DNA from: Gaiellaceae bacterium
Lineage (GTDB): Bacteria > Actinomycetota > Thermoleophilia > Gaiellales > Gaiellaceae
Assembly (NCBI GenBank): GCA_044870105.1
Contig: JBIOYJ010000096.1
Location: 16,126-80,125, forward strand
Direction of reading: 5' to 3'
DNA: 64,000 nt
Positions 8,729 through 16,965 of the stretch are shown here, piece by piece. Both the position numbers and the translations under genes were made by a program. Position 1 is the stretch's first letter, and each line of letters starts with the position of its first letter. The notes beneath the pieces were generated by a model. It worked only from the letters and a program-made list of their open reading frames with translations, was not told where the DNA came from and did not search any database.

Positions 8729-10249
8729 TTGAGCGTCGCCATCGTTCGCTCTCCGGCCGAGTACGAATCGCGCCTCCGGAACTATCTCTTCGAGCGTTGC
8801 GAGGAGGGCCGCGCCGTGCGCGTCGGTGAGAAGGAGGTCTCCGAGCGTGCCGCGATCGTCGCCCGCTACGCGGATCTCTTCACGCGCGAGCAGCTGGACT
8901 CGCTTCGTGCGGCCGAGCAAGAGCAAGACGACGCGGGCGAGCGCGAGCGCCTCTACCGCCTGCGCAAGACGTGTGAGGCCGGGCTGATCGCGAACGAGCT
9001 GGCCGAGCGCGAGGACGCGCTCGAGAACGCGGTGCTGGCGGCGCGGATCGACTTTCGCGACGAGCAGATGCCGCTTCGCACCGCCCAGGCCAGGCTGGCC
9101 GTTCTTTCCGACTATCCCGACAGGGAGGAGCTCGGCCGGCTGAGCGCCGATCGATCGGCCGAATTCAACCCCGAGCGGCTCGACGTCCTGCGCTCCTACG
9201 AGGAGCTGGAGGCGGAGATCTCGGGCGAGGATGATCCGGTCGCGCGGATCGAGGAGGAGAAGGGCATCTCGCTGCGCGAGCTCGAGGCCGCCCTGGCACA
9301 GGCCAGCAACGCCGCGGAAGACATCTACGTCGTCCTCCGCGACCGATGGTTCGAGAAGCTACTCGGGCCGGGCCGGGATCCGATGCCCTCGTCGTACCAC
9401 GTCGCGTTCCTGCGCCGCCTCTCGCCGCTCGAGTCCACGTACACCAAGGAGCGCGCGGTCGACGTCTGCATGGACACGCTCCGGCGGCTCGGGCTCGATC
9501 TCGCCGCCGAGCCGAACATCCGGCTCGATCTCGACGACCGCCCGCAGAAGTCGCCCCGCGCCTGCGTGATTCCCTCGGACCCGCCGACGGTGGTGCATCT
9601 GATCACGCGCGCGCAAGGGGGATTGCACGACTACCAGGCCTTCCTGCACGAAGCCGGCCACGCCCTGCACTACGCGGGTGTCGACCCCGAGCTGCCGTAC
9701 ACGTTCCGGAACCTGTCGCGCGACCACGCGCTGACGGAGATCTACTCGTACATCGTCGAGGCGATCTCGCGCGAGCCCGGCTGGCACCAGCGCTACTTCG
9801 AGCTCCCGCCGGAGCAGGGGCGCGAAAACGCGGAGGCGACGATCTTCCTCGAGGCGCTGCTCTTCCGCCGCTACGTCGCGAAGCTCCAGTTCGAGCTCGA
9901 GTTCTGGTCGCGTTTTTCCGAGGACGGCGGCTCACCCACGGGATACGCGGAACGGCTGAGCTCCGCGACGGGGATCACCTACCGCGAGGACGCCTACCTG
10001 GCCGACATGGACGCCGGCTTCTACTCCGCCGACTACCTGCGGGCGTGGATCCGTTCGGCCCAGCTCCGCGCGTATCTGCAGCGCGACATCGGCGCGGACT
10101 GGTGGGAGAATCCCGAGACGGGAGAGCGCCTGCGCGAGCTCTTTTCCGAGGGCACGCGGCCCTTCAGCGAGGAGATCGCCGGTCGGCTGGGCTTCGCTCC
10201 GCTCGACACGGCGCCGCTCCTCGCCGAGCTCGGCGCCACGCTACACTGA
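8729..10249 (+). CDS. M3-family (oligoendopeptidase F-like) zinc metallopeptidase
   Basis: 506 aa, HEAGHALH zinc motif in the C-terminal half; TTG start. Confidence 0.6.
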   Translation: MSVAIVRSPAEYESRLRNYLFERCEEGRAVRVGEKEVSERAAIVARYADLFTREQLDSLRAAEQEQDDAGERERLYRLRKTCEAGLIANELAEREDALENAVLAARIDFRDEQMPLRTAQARLAVLSDYPDREELGRLSADRSAEFNPERLDVLRSYEELEAEISGEDDPVARIEEEKGISLRELEAALAQASNAAEDIYVVLRDRWFEKLLGPGRDPMPSSYHVAFLRRLSPLESTYTKERAVDVCMDTLRRLGLDLAAEPNIRLDLDDRPQKSPRACVIPSDPPTVVHLITRAQGGLHDYQAFLHEAGHALHYAGVDPELPYTFRNLSRDHALTEIYSYIVEAISREPGWHQRYFELPPEQGRENAEATIFLEALLFRRYVAKLQFELEFWSRFSEDGGSPTGYAERLSSATGITYREDAYLADMDAGFYSADYLRAWIRSAQLRAYLQRDIGADWWENPETGERLRELFSEGTRPFSEEIAGRLGFAPLDTAPLLAELGATLH

Positions 10250-10258
10250 CCGCCGCCC

Positions 10259-10331
10259 GGCGCATTCGTCTAGTGGCCTAGGACACCGCCCTCTCACGGC
10301 GGCGGCACGGGTTCGAATCCCGTATGCGCCT
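10259..10331 (+). tRNA. tRNA-Glu (anticodon CUC)
   Basis: Cloverleaf read by eye: acceptor GGCGCAT/ATGCGCC, anticodon stem CCGCC/GGCGG with loop CUCUCAC, T-arm ACGGG-TTCGAAT-CCCGT; close to the canonical tRNA-Glu GTCTAGTGGCCTAGGAC D-arm. No encoded CCA. Confidence 0.85.
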
Positions 10332-10336
10332 CCTCG

Positions 10337-10540
10337 TTGTTCCGCTGGCTCAAGCGAGGCAAGAAGACGGCCGCCAAGCAGGAGGCCGACCCGCACGCGC
10401 TCGATCGTCCGGGTGATCCGCGCGGCGGCGTGCAGAGCGAGGCATACCGCACCGCCGATCCCCGCGACCTCGTGGAAGAGGACGGCACGGTGATGAGCGG
10501 CCCCGGCGGCACGCCGCAGGACCGCGAGCCCGAAGGCTGA
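10337..10540 (+). CDS. hypothetical small hydrophilic protein
   Basis: 67-aa ORF with strongly G/C-biased third positions; begins 5 nt after the tRNA; no family recognised. Confidence 0.3.
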   Translation: MFRWLKRGKKTAAKQEADPHALDRPGDPRGGVQSEAYRTADPRDLVEEDGTVMSGPGGTPQDREPEG

Positions 10541-10586
10541 GGGCTATCCGCGCCCCCGTCTTCCGCCTACAGTGTGAGGCGGGGGA

Positions 10587-12548
10587 ATGGCTCAAATTTC
10601 GCTTCGGGAGGCGCCTGCTGCGGCCGGGCGCGGCTGGATCGGCGCCTGGACGCGCGAGTTGGCCCCGACCTTGGTCGTCGGCGCCGCCGCGTTCGTGACC
10701 GTCTTCGCGCTCGCGGTCGACAACGGCGGCTACTTCCCGACCTCGTGGGGTTGGGCGGCGCTGGGCCTGCTCTGGCTCGCGGGCATCGCGTTCGTCTCAG
10801 TCGCAGTGGTGGAGGCCGGAAGGCTCGAGCTGCTGTTCGTCGGCGCTCTGGCCGGTTTCGCCGGCTGGAGCGCTCTCGCGCTGATCTGGACGCGGGACGT
10901 CACGCAGAGCATGCTCGAGCTCGAGCGCACGCTGGCCTATGTGGCGGGATTGATCGCCTTCCTTCTCATCGTTCGGCGGCGCTGCGTCGGCTGGCTTCTC
11001 GGCGGAGTCCTGATCGCGATCTTTGCCGCCGCGACCTACGGGCTCGCAACGCGGCTCTTCCCTGAGCGGTTGGGCACGTTCGATCCGATCACCGGCTATC
11101 GCCTCGCCGAGCCGCTCGGCTACTGGAACGCGTTGGGCGTTCTCGTCGGCCTCGGGGCGCTGCTCGCACTTGGTTTCGCAGCGCGTTCTGCGACGCTTCT
11201 TCGGCGCGCGGTGGCCGGTGCCTCGACCGTCGTCCTGATCACGACGCTCTATTTCGCCTTTGGCCGCGCTGTTTGGGTCGCTCTCGGCATCGCGATCGGC
11301 GTCGCTTTCCTCCTCGATCCTCGCCGGTTACAACTCGTCGTGACGATCCTGACATTGGCACCGGCGTGCGCCGCTTCCGTGGGGCTCGCCGCGCGGTCCG
11401 AGGCTCTCACGCACTCGAACGCCGTCCTCTCCCAAGCCTCGCGCGAGGGGCATAGGCTCGCGCTGGCCGTCGTCCTGCTCGCCATCGCTTCGGGCGGCCT
11501 GATCGCGCTCGTCGCCGTCGTCGAGCGCCGTTGGAAGCTCGGGGCGACGTATCGCCGGGCCTTCGGAGCCGCGCTCGCCCTCGCGGGCGTGGCGGCCGCA
11601 TTCGCGGTATTCGCGAGCGCCGGCGCGCCCTGGACGATGGCCAATCGCGCTTACGACCGCTTCACCGGGCCCTCACCGACGCAGGACCCGGTCAACCTCA
11701 ACGAGCGCCTCTTCAGCTTCCAGGGCAACGCCCGCCACGAGATGTGGAGGGCGGCTTGGCGTGACGCCCGGCAAAACCCGGTTCTGGGGTCGGGCCCGGG
11801 CACGTACGAGGCGAGGTGGCTCAAAGATCGCGACCTCGCGCTCAGCGTTCGTGACGCGCACGGCCTCTACATCGAGCAGCTTGCCGAGGTCGGTTCCGTC
11901 GGACTCGTACTGTTGGTGCTTGCCCTGCTCATGCCGCTGGCGGCGGTGCGGGGGTTTCGCCGGCATCCGCTGGGTCCGATCGTCTGCGCCGCATACCTGA
12001 TGTTCGTGGTCCACGCCGGCGTCGATTGGGACTGGGAGATGCCGGTCCTGACCCTGACGGCGATCTTGTTCGGTGTGGCCCTGTTGCGGATGCGCGGCGA
12101 AACGCCGGAGCGCTCTCTCGCGATGCCCGCGAGGGTCGTCGGAGTGGCGGTGCTCGTACCCCTGGCGGCCCTTGCGTTCGCCGGGCTCGTCTCCAACTCG
12201 GCGACGAACTCGAGCGACCGCGCCCTCGCGGCCGACAGGTGGGACAAGGCAGAGGCCGCTGCGCGGCGGACGATCCGCTGGGCCCCCTGGTCGTCGACCG
12301 GGTGGAACCGGCTCGGCGAGGCCCAGCTGGGGCAAAACGACGTCCCCGAGGCGCTGAAGAGCTTCCGCAAGGCGCTTGCAAAGGATCCGAACGACTGGGA
12401 TCTCTGGCTCGATTACGCGGCGGCCGCAAGCGGCAGGGAGCGAATGCGCGCGTTCGCTCGGGCGGCCGCGCTCAATCCGCGTGCACCGGAAATCCGTGAT
12501 TTCCGCGAGGCGCTGCGCCGGCACCAGGAGCCACCGTGGTTCTTGTAG
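10587..12548 (+). CDS. O-antigen ligase/polymerase-like membrane protein with C-terminal TPR repeats
   Basis: About 10+ hydrophobic helices, large loop with RHEMWRAAW...NPVLGSGPGTYEARW typical of Wzy_C/O-antigen ligase family, C-terminal TPR-like repeats (EALKSFRKALAKDPNDWDLWLDYA). Confidence 0.6.
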   Translation: MAQISLREAPAAAGRGWIGAWTRELAPTLVVGAAAFVTVFALAVDNGGYFPTSWGWAALGLLWLAGIAFVSVAVVEAGRLELLFVGALAGFAGWSALALIWTRDVTQSMLELERTLAYVAGLIAFLLIVRRRCVGWLLGGVLIAIFAAATYGLATRLFPERLGTFDPITGYRLAEPLGYWNALGVLVGLGALLALGFAARSATLLRRAVAGASTVVLITTLYFAFGRAVWVALGIAIGVAFLLDPRRLQLVVTILTLAPACAASVGLAARSEALTHSNAVLSQASREGHRLALAVVLLAIASGGLIALVAVVERRWKLGATYRRAFGAALALAGVAAAFAVFASAGAPWTMANRAYDRFTGPSPTQDPVNLNERLFSFQGNARHEMWRAAWRDARQNPVLGSGPGTYEARWLKDRDLALSVRDAHGLYIEQLAEVGSVGLVLLVLALLMPLAAVRGFRRHPLGPIVCAAYLMFVVHAGVDWDWEMPVLTLTAILFGVALLRMRGETPERSLAMPARVVGVAVLVPLAALAFAGLVSNSATNSSDRALAADRWDKAEAAARRTIRWAPWSSTGWNRLGEAQLGQNDVPEALKSFRKALAKDPNDWDLWLDYAAAASGRERMRAFARAAALNPRAPEIRDFREALRRHQEPPWFL

Positions 12549-12558
12549 AACGAAGCTC

Positions 12559-13113
12559 GTGATGCGGCGGAACGACCCCTTCACCGACGTGCGACCGCTG
12601 ATCGAGCGCGTCTACGCCTACATCGCCTACCGGATCGGCGACGGTCCGGACGCCGAGGATCTGACGAACGAGACCTTCGAGCGAGCGCTCCGCTACCGCG
12701 AGTCGTACGACTCCAGCAGGGGCGAGCCGCTCTCCTGGCTGATCGGGATCGCACGCCGTTGCATCGCCGGCGCCGGAAATCCGGAGCCGATTCCGATCGA
12801 GACGGTTCCGGAGCAGGAAGCGGGCATCGACCTGGAGACGCAGACGGTCCGCAGGATGTCGATCGCCGGCGCGGTCACGCGGTTGGACGGCCGCGATCGC
12901 GAGCTCGTCGCGCTCCGCTACGGCGCCGACCTCTCCGCGCGCCAGATCGCCGAGGTGCTCGCGATGAGCCCGGGCGCCGTCGACGTCGCCCTGCACCGCG
13001 CGCTCGATCGACTCCGCTCGCTGCTCGAACCCCCGGAAGTCGCTGTAAGAAATCCGCCCTCCGGCGGATATCTAGGGGTAGAGCCAAACCTTCACAAGGG
13101 GGAGAGCGGTTGA
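12559..13113 (+). CDS. ECF-type RNA polymerase sigma factor
   Basis: Region 2 (AEDLTNETFERAL...PLSWLIGIARR) and region 4 HTH (LSARQIAEVLAMSPGAVDVALHRA). Start GTG 12559 or ATG 12562. Confidence 0.8.
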   Translation: MMRRNDPFTDVRPLIERVYAYIAYRIGDGPDAEDLTNETFERALRYRESYDSSRGEPLSWLIGIARRCIAGAGNPEPIPIETVPEQEAGIDLETQTVRRMSIAGAVTRLDGRDRELVALRYGADLSARQIAEVLAMSPGAVDVALHRALDRLRSLLEPPEVAVRNPPSGGYLGVEPNLHKGESG

Positions 13114-13529
13114 GAATCTGGGGTAGGAAGAACCATTTCGATCTCGAGAGGGAGCTTCGGTCGAACCGTCCGAAGCCCAGCTCCGAGCTGATGTACACGA
13201 TCGAAGACCGCGTCCGCACGCGCGATCCGCGTTCGCGGATTCGCCTGCGCGCCGCGATGGCGGTCGCGCTGACGATCGGCCTGCTGGCGGCACTGATGCC
13301 GGTCGGCGCGCTCGGCTACGCGACCCACGCGATCTCGAGCGCCGCCAGCACGGCTGCGAAGATCACGCACGTCAGCACGAAGCCGACGCGATCGCACTCT
13401 TCGGCCGCAGCGCAGTACCCGAAGCCGAAGAAGAAGAAGTGCCCGAAGGGCAAGAAGCGCAACAAGAAGGGCAAGTGCGTCAAGGTGCGCGCGGCCCGCA
13501 GGGCCAGGGGCCCGCGCTTCACGGGCTAG
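13110..13529 (+). CDS. putative anti-sigma-like single-pass membrane protein with Lys-rich tail
   Basis: TTG 13110 overlaps sigma stop (TTGA); one TM helix (AAMAVALTIGLLAALMPVGALG); tail PKPKKKKCPKGKKRNKKGKCVKV. Function inferred only from position. Confidence 0.4.
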   Translation: MRIWGRKNHFDLERELRSNRPKPSSELMYTIEDRVRTRDPRSRIRLRAAMAVALTIGLLAALMPVGALGYATHAISSAASTAAKITHVSTKPTRSHSSAAAQYPKPKKKKCPKGKKRNKKGKCVKVRAARRARGPRFTG

Positions 13530-13554
13530 TAACGACGATCGTGCAGAACGTTTG

Positions 13555-13584
13555 CAGCGGGGCGGTTGCGCGGCCGCCCCGCTG
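13555..13584 (+). terminator. 11-bp GC hairpin downstream of the sigma/anti-sigma pair
   Basis: CAGCGGGGCGG-ttgcgcgg-CCGCCCCGCTG, perfect stem, no U-tract. Confidence 0.5.
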
Positions 13585-13610
13585 TGGCTGATCGAAAGGG
13601 GGTCGAGCGA

Positions 13611-14672
13611 GTGACCGGAGGGCACCGGGTCGAGACGAGAATCGTCAGGCGGCTGCTGGCCGTCTTCGTCGTGGCGGTCGCCGCGGTCTACGTGGCCCCG
13701 ACGGCGCCCGCCGCTTCATACCGTCCGACTCTCTCGATTCCCTGGCTCGCGCCGAGCCCGCCCGACGGTCAGAGCTATTCCGTGTACGCGGGTACGCCGA
13801 TCGCGGTCACGCTGTCGGCCGGTCCCGGCACGGCGATCGCGGTTCGTTCGATGCCGGCCGGCGCCTCGCTCGCTCCGCAGGCCGCCGACCCTTCGTCGTT
13901 CGTATTCTCGTGGACGCCGTCGTCCGGGCAGGCGGGCACCTGGCCCGTGGTCTTCGTCGCGCGCGACGTGAAACGGCCGCGCAGGTTCTCGTTCCCACGC
14001 ACGCTCTTCGTCGAGGTGGTGCCGGCGTCCCCGCTCGACCCTGTGCCGCTTTCGGGCACGAGCAATCTCACGCGCTGGGCATACGTGCTCAGGTCGGCTG
14101 TGGTCCGGGCGCGGCCGACGATGGCCTCGCGGATGGTCACGCGGCTGCCCACGATGACGCCCGAGCAGAGCGACAACCTCGTGCTCGCGCTCGCCCAGGC
14201 GTCCGACCGGAACGGCCGAAAATGGGTTCGCGTTCGGCTGGCGATTCTGCCGAACAACTCGACCGGCTGGGTGCTGCGTAACGCGCTCGGCACCTTCCAG
14301 ACCGTGAGGCGGCACCTCGTGATCGACCGAGCGACCTTCGTGGCCACCCTCTACAACCGCGGGGTACCCGTCCTGCGGGCGCGAGTCGGCGTCGGCAAGC
14401 CGTACTGGCCGACGCCGCGAGGCGAGTTCTACGTCCGCGTCGCGCTCACGGGCTACAACGATCCGTTCTACGGCCCGGTCGCGTTCGGGACGAGCGCCCG
14501 CTCAGCCGTGCTGACGGATTGGCCCGGAGGCGGCTACATCGGCATCCACGGGACGAGCCTGCCGTGGCTTCTCCCCGGCCGGGTCTCGCACGGATGCGTG
14601 CGGATGAAGAACGCCTCGATCGTCCGCCTCGCGAACCAAATAGGGATCGGGACGCCGGTCAGCATCCGGTAG
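13611..14672 (+). CDS. L,D-transpeptidase (YkuD domain) with Ig-like and SH3-like N-terminal modules
   Basis: GIHGTSLPWLLPGRVSHGCVRMKN catalytic motif; GTG 13611 with AGGGGG 8 nt upstream; earlier ORF-track start lies inside the terminator hairpin. Confidence 0.8.
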   Translation: MTGGHRVETRIVRRLLAVFVVAVAAVYVAPTAPAASYRPTLSIPWLAPSPPDGQSYSVYAGTPIAVTLSAGPGTAIAVRSMPAGASLAPQAADPSSFVFSWTPSSGQAGTWPVVFVARDVKRPRRFSFPRTLFVEVVPASPLDPVPLSGTSNLTRWAYVLRSAVVRARPTMASRMVTRLPTMTPEQSDNLVLALAQASDRNGRKWVRVRLAILPNNSTGWVLRNALGTFQTVRRHLVIDRATFVATLYNRGVPVLRARVGVGKPYWPTPRGEFYVRVALTGYNDPFYGPVAFGTSARSAVLTDWPGGGYIGIHGTSLPWLLPGRVSHGCVRMKNASIVRLANQIGIGTPVSIR

Positions 14673-14741
14673 GGGCGTCACCATCCGGAGACGCAAAATC
14701 TCCCTGGCCGATACCCACCTGAACTTCTATACTTCGTCCCA

Positions 14742-15800
14742 GTGGGGGGACGATTTCGCAAAACCCTCCGACGCCTGCTCGGTGTCGGGTTCTCTTTCGG
14801 CGTAGTTCTGGGGCTTGCGGGGCCGGCTGAAGCCGTTCCCAACTGGGTCGCGACTGCGCCGGTGAGGATCGCTTGGCAGGCGCCCACGCCGAAGCCGGGG
14901 TCACGGTTCACCGTCGAAGCGGGATCGCCGGTGTCGTTCTCGGTCGCCGCGCTCGCCCCGTCTTCTATCCCCGTGCGCATCGTGGCCCGCGGGCTGCCGC
15001 GAGGGGCGCAAGTGTCCGTTGTGGACGGAATTCCCGCGACGGCCGGCATCACCTGGACTCCGGCGAAAGACCAGATTCGCGACTACACGGTCACCTTCAC
15101 CGCGAAGACCCTCGCGGGTCCGGTGCTCCGAGCGCGGCCGCTGAGGGTGAACCTGCGCGTGTTCGGCAAGTGGGTGCTGAGCGGTGAGAACGAGACGTAT
15201 CGCTGGGCTTACGTGAACACCCCCGCCGTCGCCCGCCGGGGGCCGAGCCGGGGCGCTTCCGCGATCAAGCGGCTCGGGTTGTGGACGCCCGAGAACACCC
15301 CGAACCTCGTCCTGGCGTTGAACGGGGAGCGCAAGCGGAACGGTCAGACCTGGGTGCGGGTGCGGCTTGCGATGCTGCCGAACAACACGACCGGCTGGGT
15401 GCTGCGCGGTGCTCTCGGACATTTCCGCACGATCCGGACGCACCTGATCGTGAGCCGAGCCAGCACCGTGGCGACGCTCTACAAGGCCGGCAAGGTCGCT
15501 TGGCGCGCCCGCGTAGGGGTCGGACAGTCGCAGTGGCCGACGCCGCGAGGCGAGTTCTTCATCCGCGAGCGGCTCGCCGGCTTCAACAACCCCACCTATG
15601 GACCGGTCGCCTTCGGGACGAGCGCCCGGTCGCCGGTGCTGACGGACTGGCCCGGCGGCGGCTTCGTCGGGATCCACGGGACGAACGCGCCCGGCCTGAT
15701 CCCCGGACGAATCTCGCACGGGTGCATCCGCGTCCGGAACGCCGCGATCATGCGGCTCTGGCGGCTGATGCCTCTCGGCACGCCGCTGACGATCAGCTAA
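14742..15800 (+). CDS. L,D-transpeptidase paralogue
   Basis: GIHGTNAPGLIPGRISHGCIRVRN; same domain order as the upstream gene; GTG 14742 preceded by TATACT-N8. Confidence 0.85.
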   Translation: MGGRFRKTLRRLLGVGFSFGVVLGLAGPAEAVPNWVATAPVRIAWQAPTPKPGSRFTVEAGSPVSFSVAALAPSSIPVRIVARGLPRGAQVSVVDGIPATAGITWTPAKDQIRDYTVTFTAKTLAGPVLRARPLRVNLRVFGKWVLSGENETYRWAYVNTPAVARRGPSRGASAIKRLGLWTPENTPNLVLALNGERKRNGQTWVRVRLAMLPNNTTGWVLRGALGHFRTIRTHLIVSRASTVATLYKAGKVAWRARVGVGQSQWPTPRGEFFIRERLAGFNNPTYGPVAFGTSARSPVLTDWPGGGFVGIHGTNAPGLIPGRISHGCIRVRNAAIMRLWRLMPLGTPLTIS

Positions 15801-15822
15801 CCGTCGAGCTCCTTCGCCCCGG

Positions 15823-16578
15823 CTAGCGAAAGACGCCGAAAAGAGGGGCGACGAAGGGTCGCCAGCCGCGCAGGCGCGCGGGTGACCGGTGGCGTCGCAA
15901 CTGGAAGCGCTTGCCGTGTCTGGGCGCGAGCATGCTGCGCGCCGCCGCGAGGAACGAGCCGCGGCTGAGTTGCACCAGGCGGTACCCGGCGTCCTGGAAG
16001 CGGTAGCGCACCGGCACGCCGGCCCAGCCGCCGCCGGGCCACCGCGCTTGAGAGACCCGCTCGAAGCGATAGGCGAGCCCGTTGCAGGCGCCGACGTTGC
16101 CGTTCCAGCTCTCGGAGGTGATCACGGGCTCCCATGCGGCGTGACTTTGCGGAAGGAAGATCGGTTCGGTCACCGGCCGGCGGTCGATCCACACCCGCCA
16201 CCAGCCGGGACGTTCGCGCAGCTCCAGGACCGCGATCCGATGCCGGTCGCCGGGGTTGACGCGCGCGATCTCGTCGAAGCGGTAGGGCGCTCCCGGCTTG
16301 ACGACCTCGACGTAGAGGAAGTCCCTGGTGTCGACCTTCTCCGCGGTCAGTCCGACCTGAATCCACTCGTCCTGTCCGTTCGGGCCACCGCCTGACCAGC
16401 CGAGTCCGACCCAGCCAGCGATGTGTCCGGCGCGGACGCGCGGCGCCGCGAGCGCCGAGATCGTGGCGGCGACCCCGTAGACGCGCTTCGGTCCCTGAAA
16501 ACCGGCATAGGAATAGCCGCCGCTGCCGCGGCATGTGGCGCCGAGCGCCGGGCTGACGAGAACGCATGCAGTTGCCAA
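15823..16578 (-). CDS. secreted protein resembling G1 (eqolisin / peptidase A4) glutamic peptidases
   Basis: YSYAGF..., AGWVGLG, EWIQVG, LYVEVV, ITSESW blocks in the order of the G1-family motifs (NWAGY, WVGIDG, LIQTG, AWYE, AEWIVE). True start may be CTG 16614 behind GGAGG. Confidence 0.45.
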   Translation of the reverse strand: MATACVLVSPALGATCRGSGGYSYAGFQGPKRVYGVAATISALAAPRVRAGHIAGWVGLGWSGGGPNGQDEWIQVGLTAEKVDTRDFLYVEVVKPGAPYRFDEIARVNPGDRHRIAVLELRERPGWWRVWIDRRPVTEPIFLPQSHAAWEPVITSESWNGNVGACNGLAYRFERVSQARWPGGGWAGVPVRYRFQDAGYRLVQLSRGSFLAAARSMLAPRHGKRFQLRRHRSPARLRGWRPFVAPLFGVFR

Positions 16579-16758
16579 CGCCGCCGCGAGCGCGGTTGGT
16601 CGTCCGAAGGACAGGGGGACCTCCGATCGAGGAGTGACGCGACCCGTCCAGAGGCCGCGACTCGATCATCGTCCCGCGATTTCTACGCTCCGATCCCTCG
16701 TTCGAGGTAATCCCCATGAGCGGCGCCGAATCGTCACCATCGGTCGCTGTTTGAAACG

Positions 16759-16786
16759 AAAAAGACCCGTCTTTACGGGCCTTTTT
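16759..16786 (-). terminator. canonical bidirectional intrinsic terminator after tRNA-Gln
   Basis: AAAAA-GACCCGT-cttt-ACGGGCC-TTTTT; the only A/T-tract terminator I saw in the window. Confidence 0.7.
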
Positions 16787-16793
16787 ACACAGG

Positions 16794-16864
16794 CTGCGGG
16801 GCTAGGATTCGAACCTAGACTACTCGGTCCAGAGCCGAGCGTCCTACCGTTAGACGACCCCGCA
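16794..16864 (-). tRNA. tRNA-Gln (anticodon CUG)
   Basis: Reverse complement folds as UGCGGGG/CCCCGCA acceptor (U1-A72), anticodon stem CUCGG/CCGAG with loop CUCUGGA, T-arm CUAGG-UUCGAAU-CCUAG. Confidence 0.85.
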
Positions 16865-16928
16865 AGGGGTGAGGCATTGTAGCGAGGGGGACGTTTCAGG
16901 CGACTTCGGCGGCCCAAGTCGCCGTCTA

Positions 16929-16946
16929 GGCGTCGCTTGCGATGCC
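16929..16946 (+). repeat. CGCTTGCG-core hairpin repeat (copy A)
   Basis: GGCGTCG-CTTG-CGATGCC, preceded by hairpin GGCGACTT-N9-AAGTCGCC (16899-16923) and GCCGTCT. Confidence 0.6.
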
Positions 16947-16965
16947 CTTTAAGGGAGAGAGGGGC

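Noticed and set aside
10259-10331. tRNA-Glu (and tRNA-Gln at 16794-16864) as the attachment site of an integrated mobile element
   Set aside because: There is no integrase, recombinase or transposase gene, no duplicated tRNA 3' segment and no visible compositional shift. It is reported only as a tRNA-bracketed cassette, not as a mobile element.
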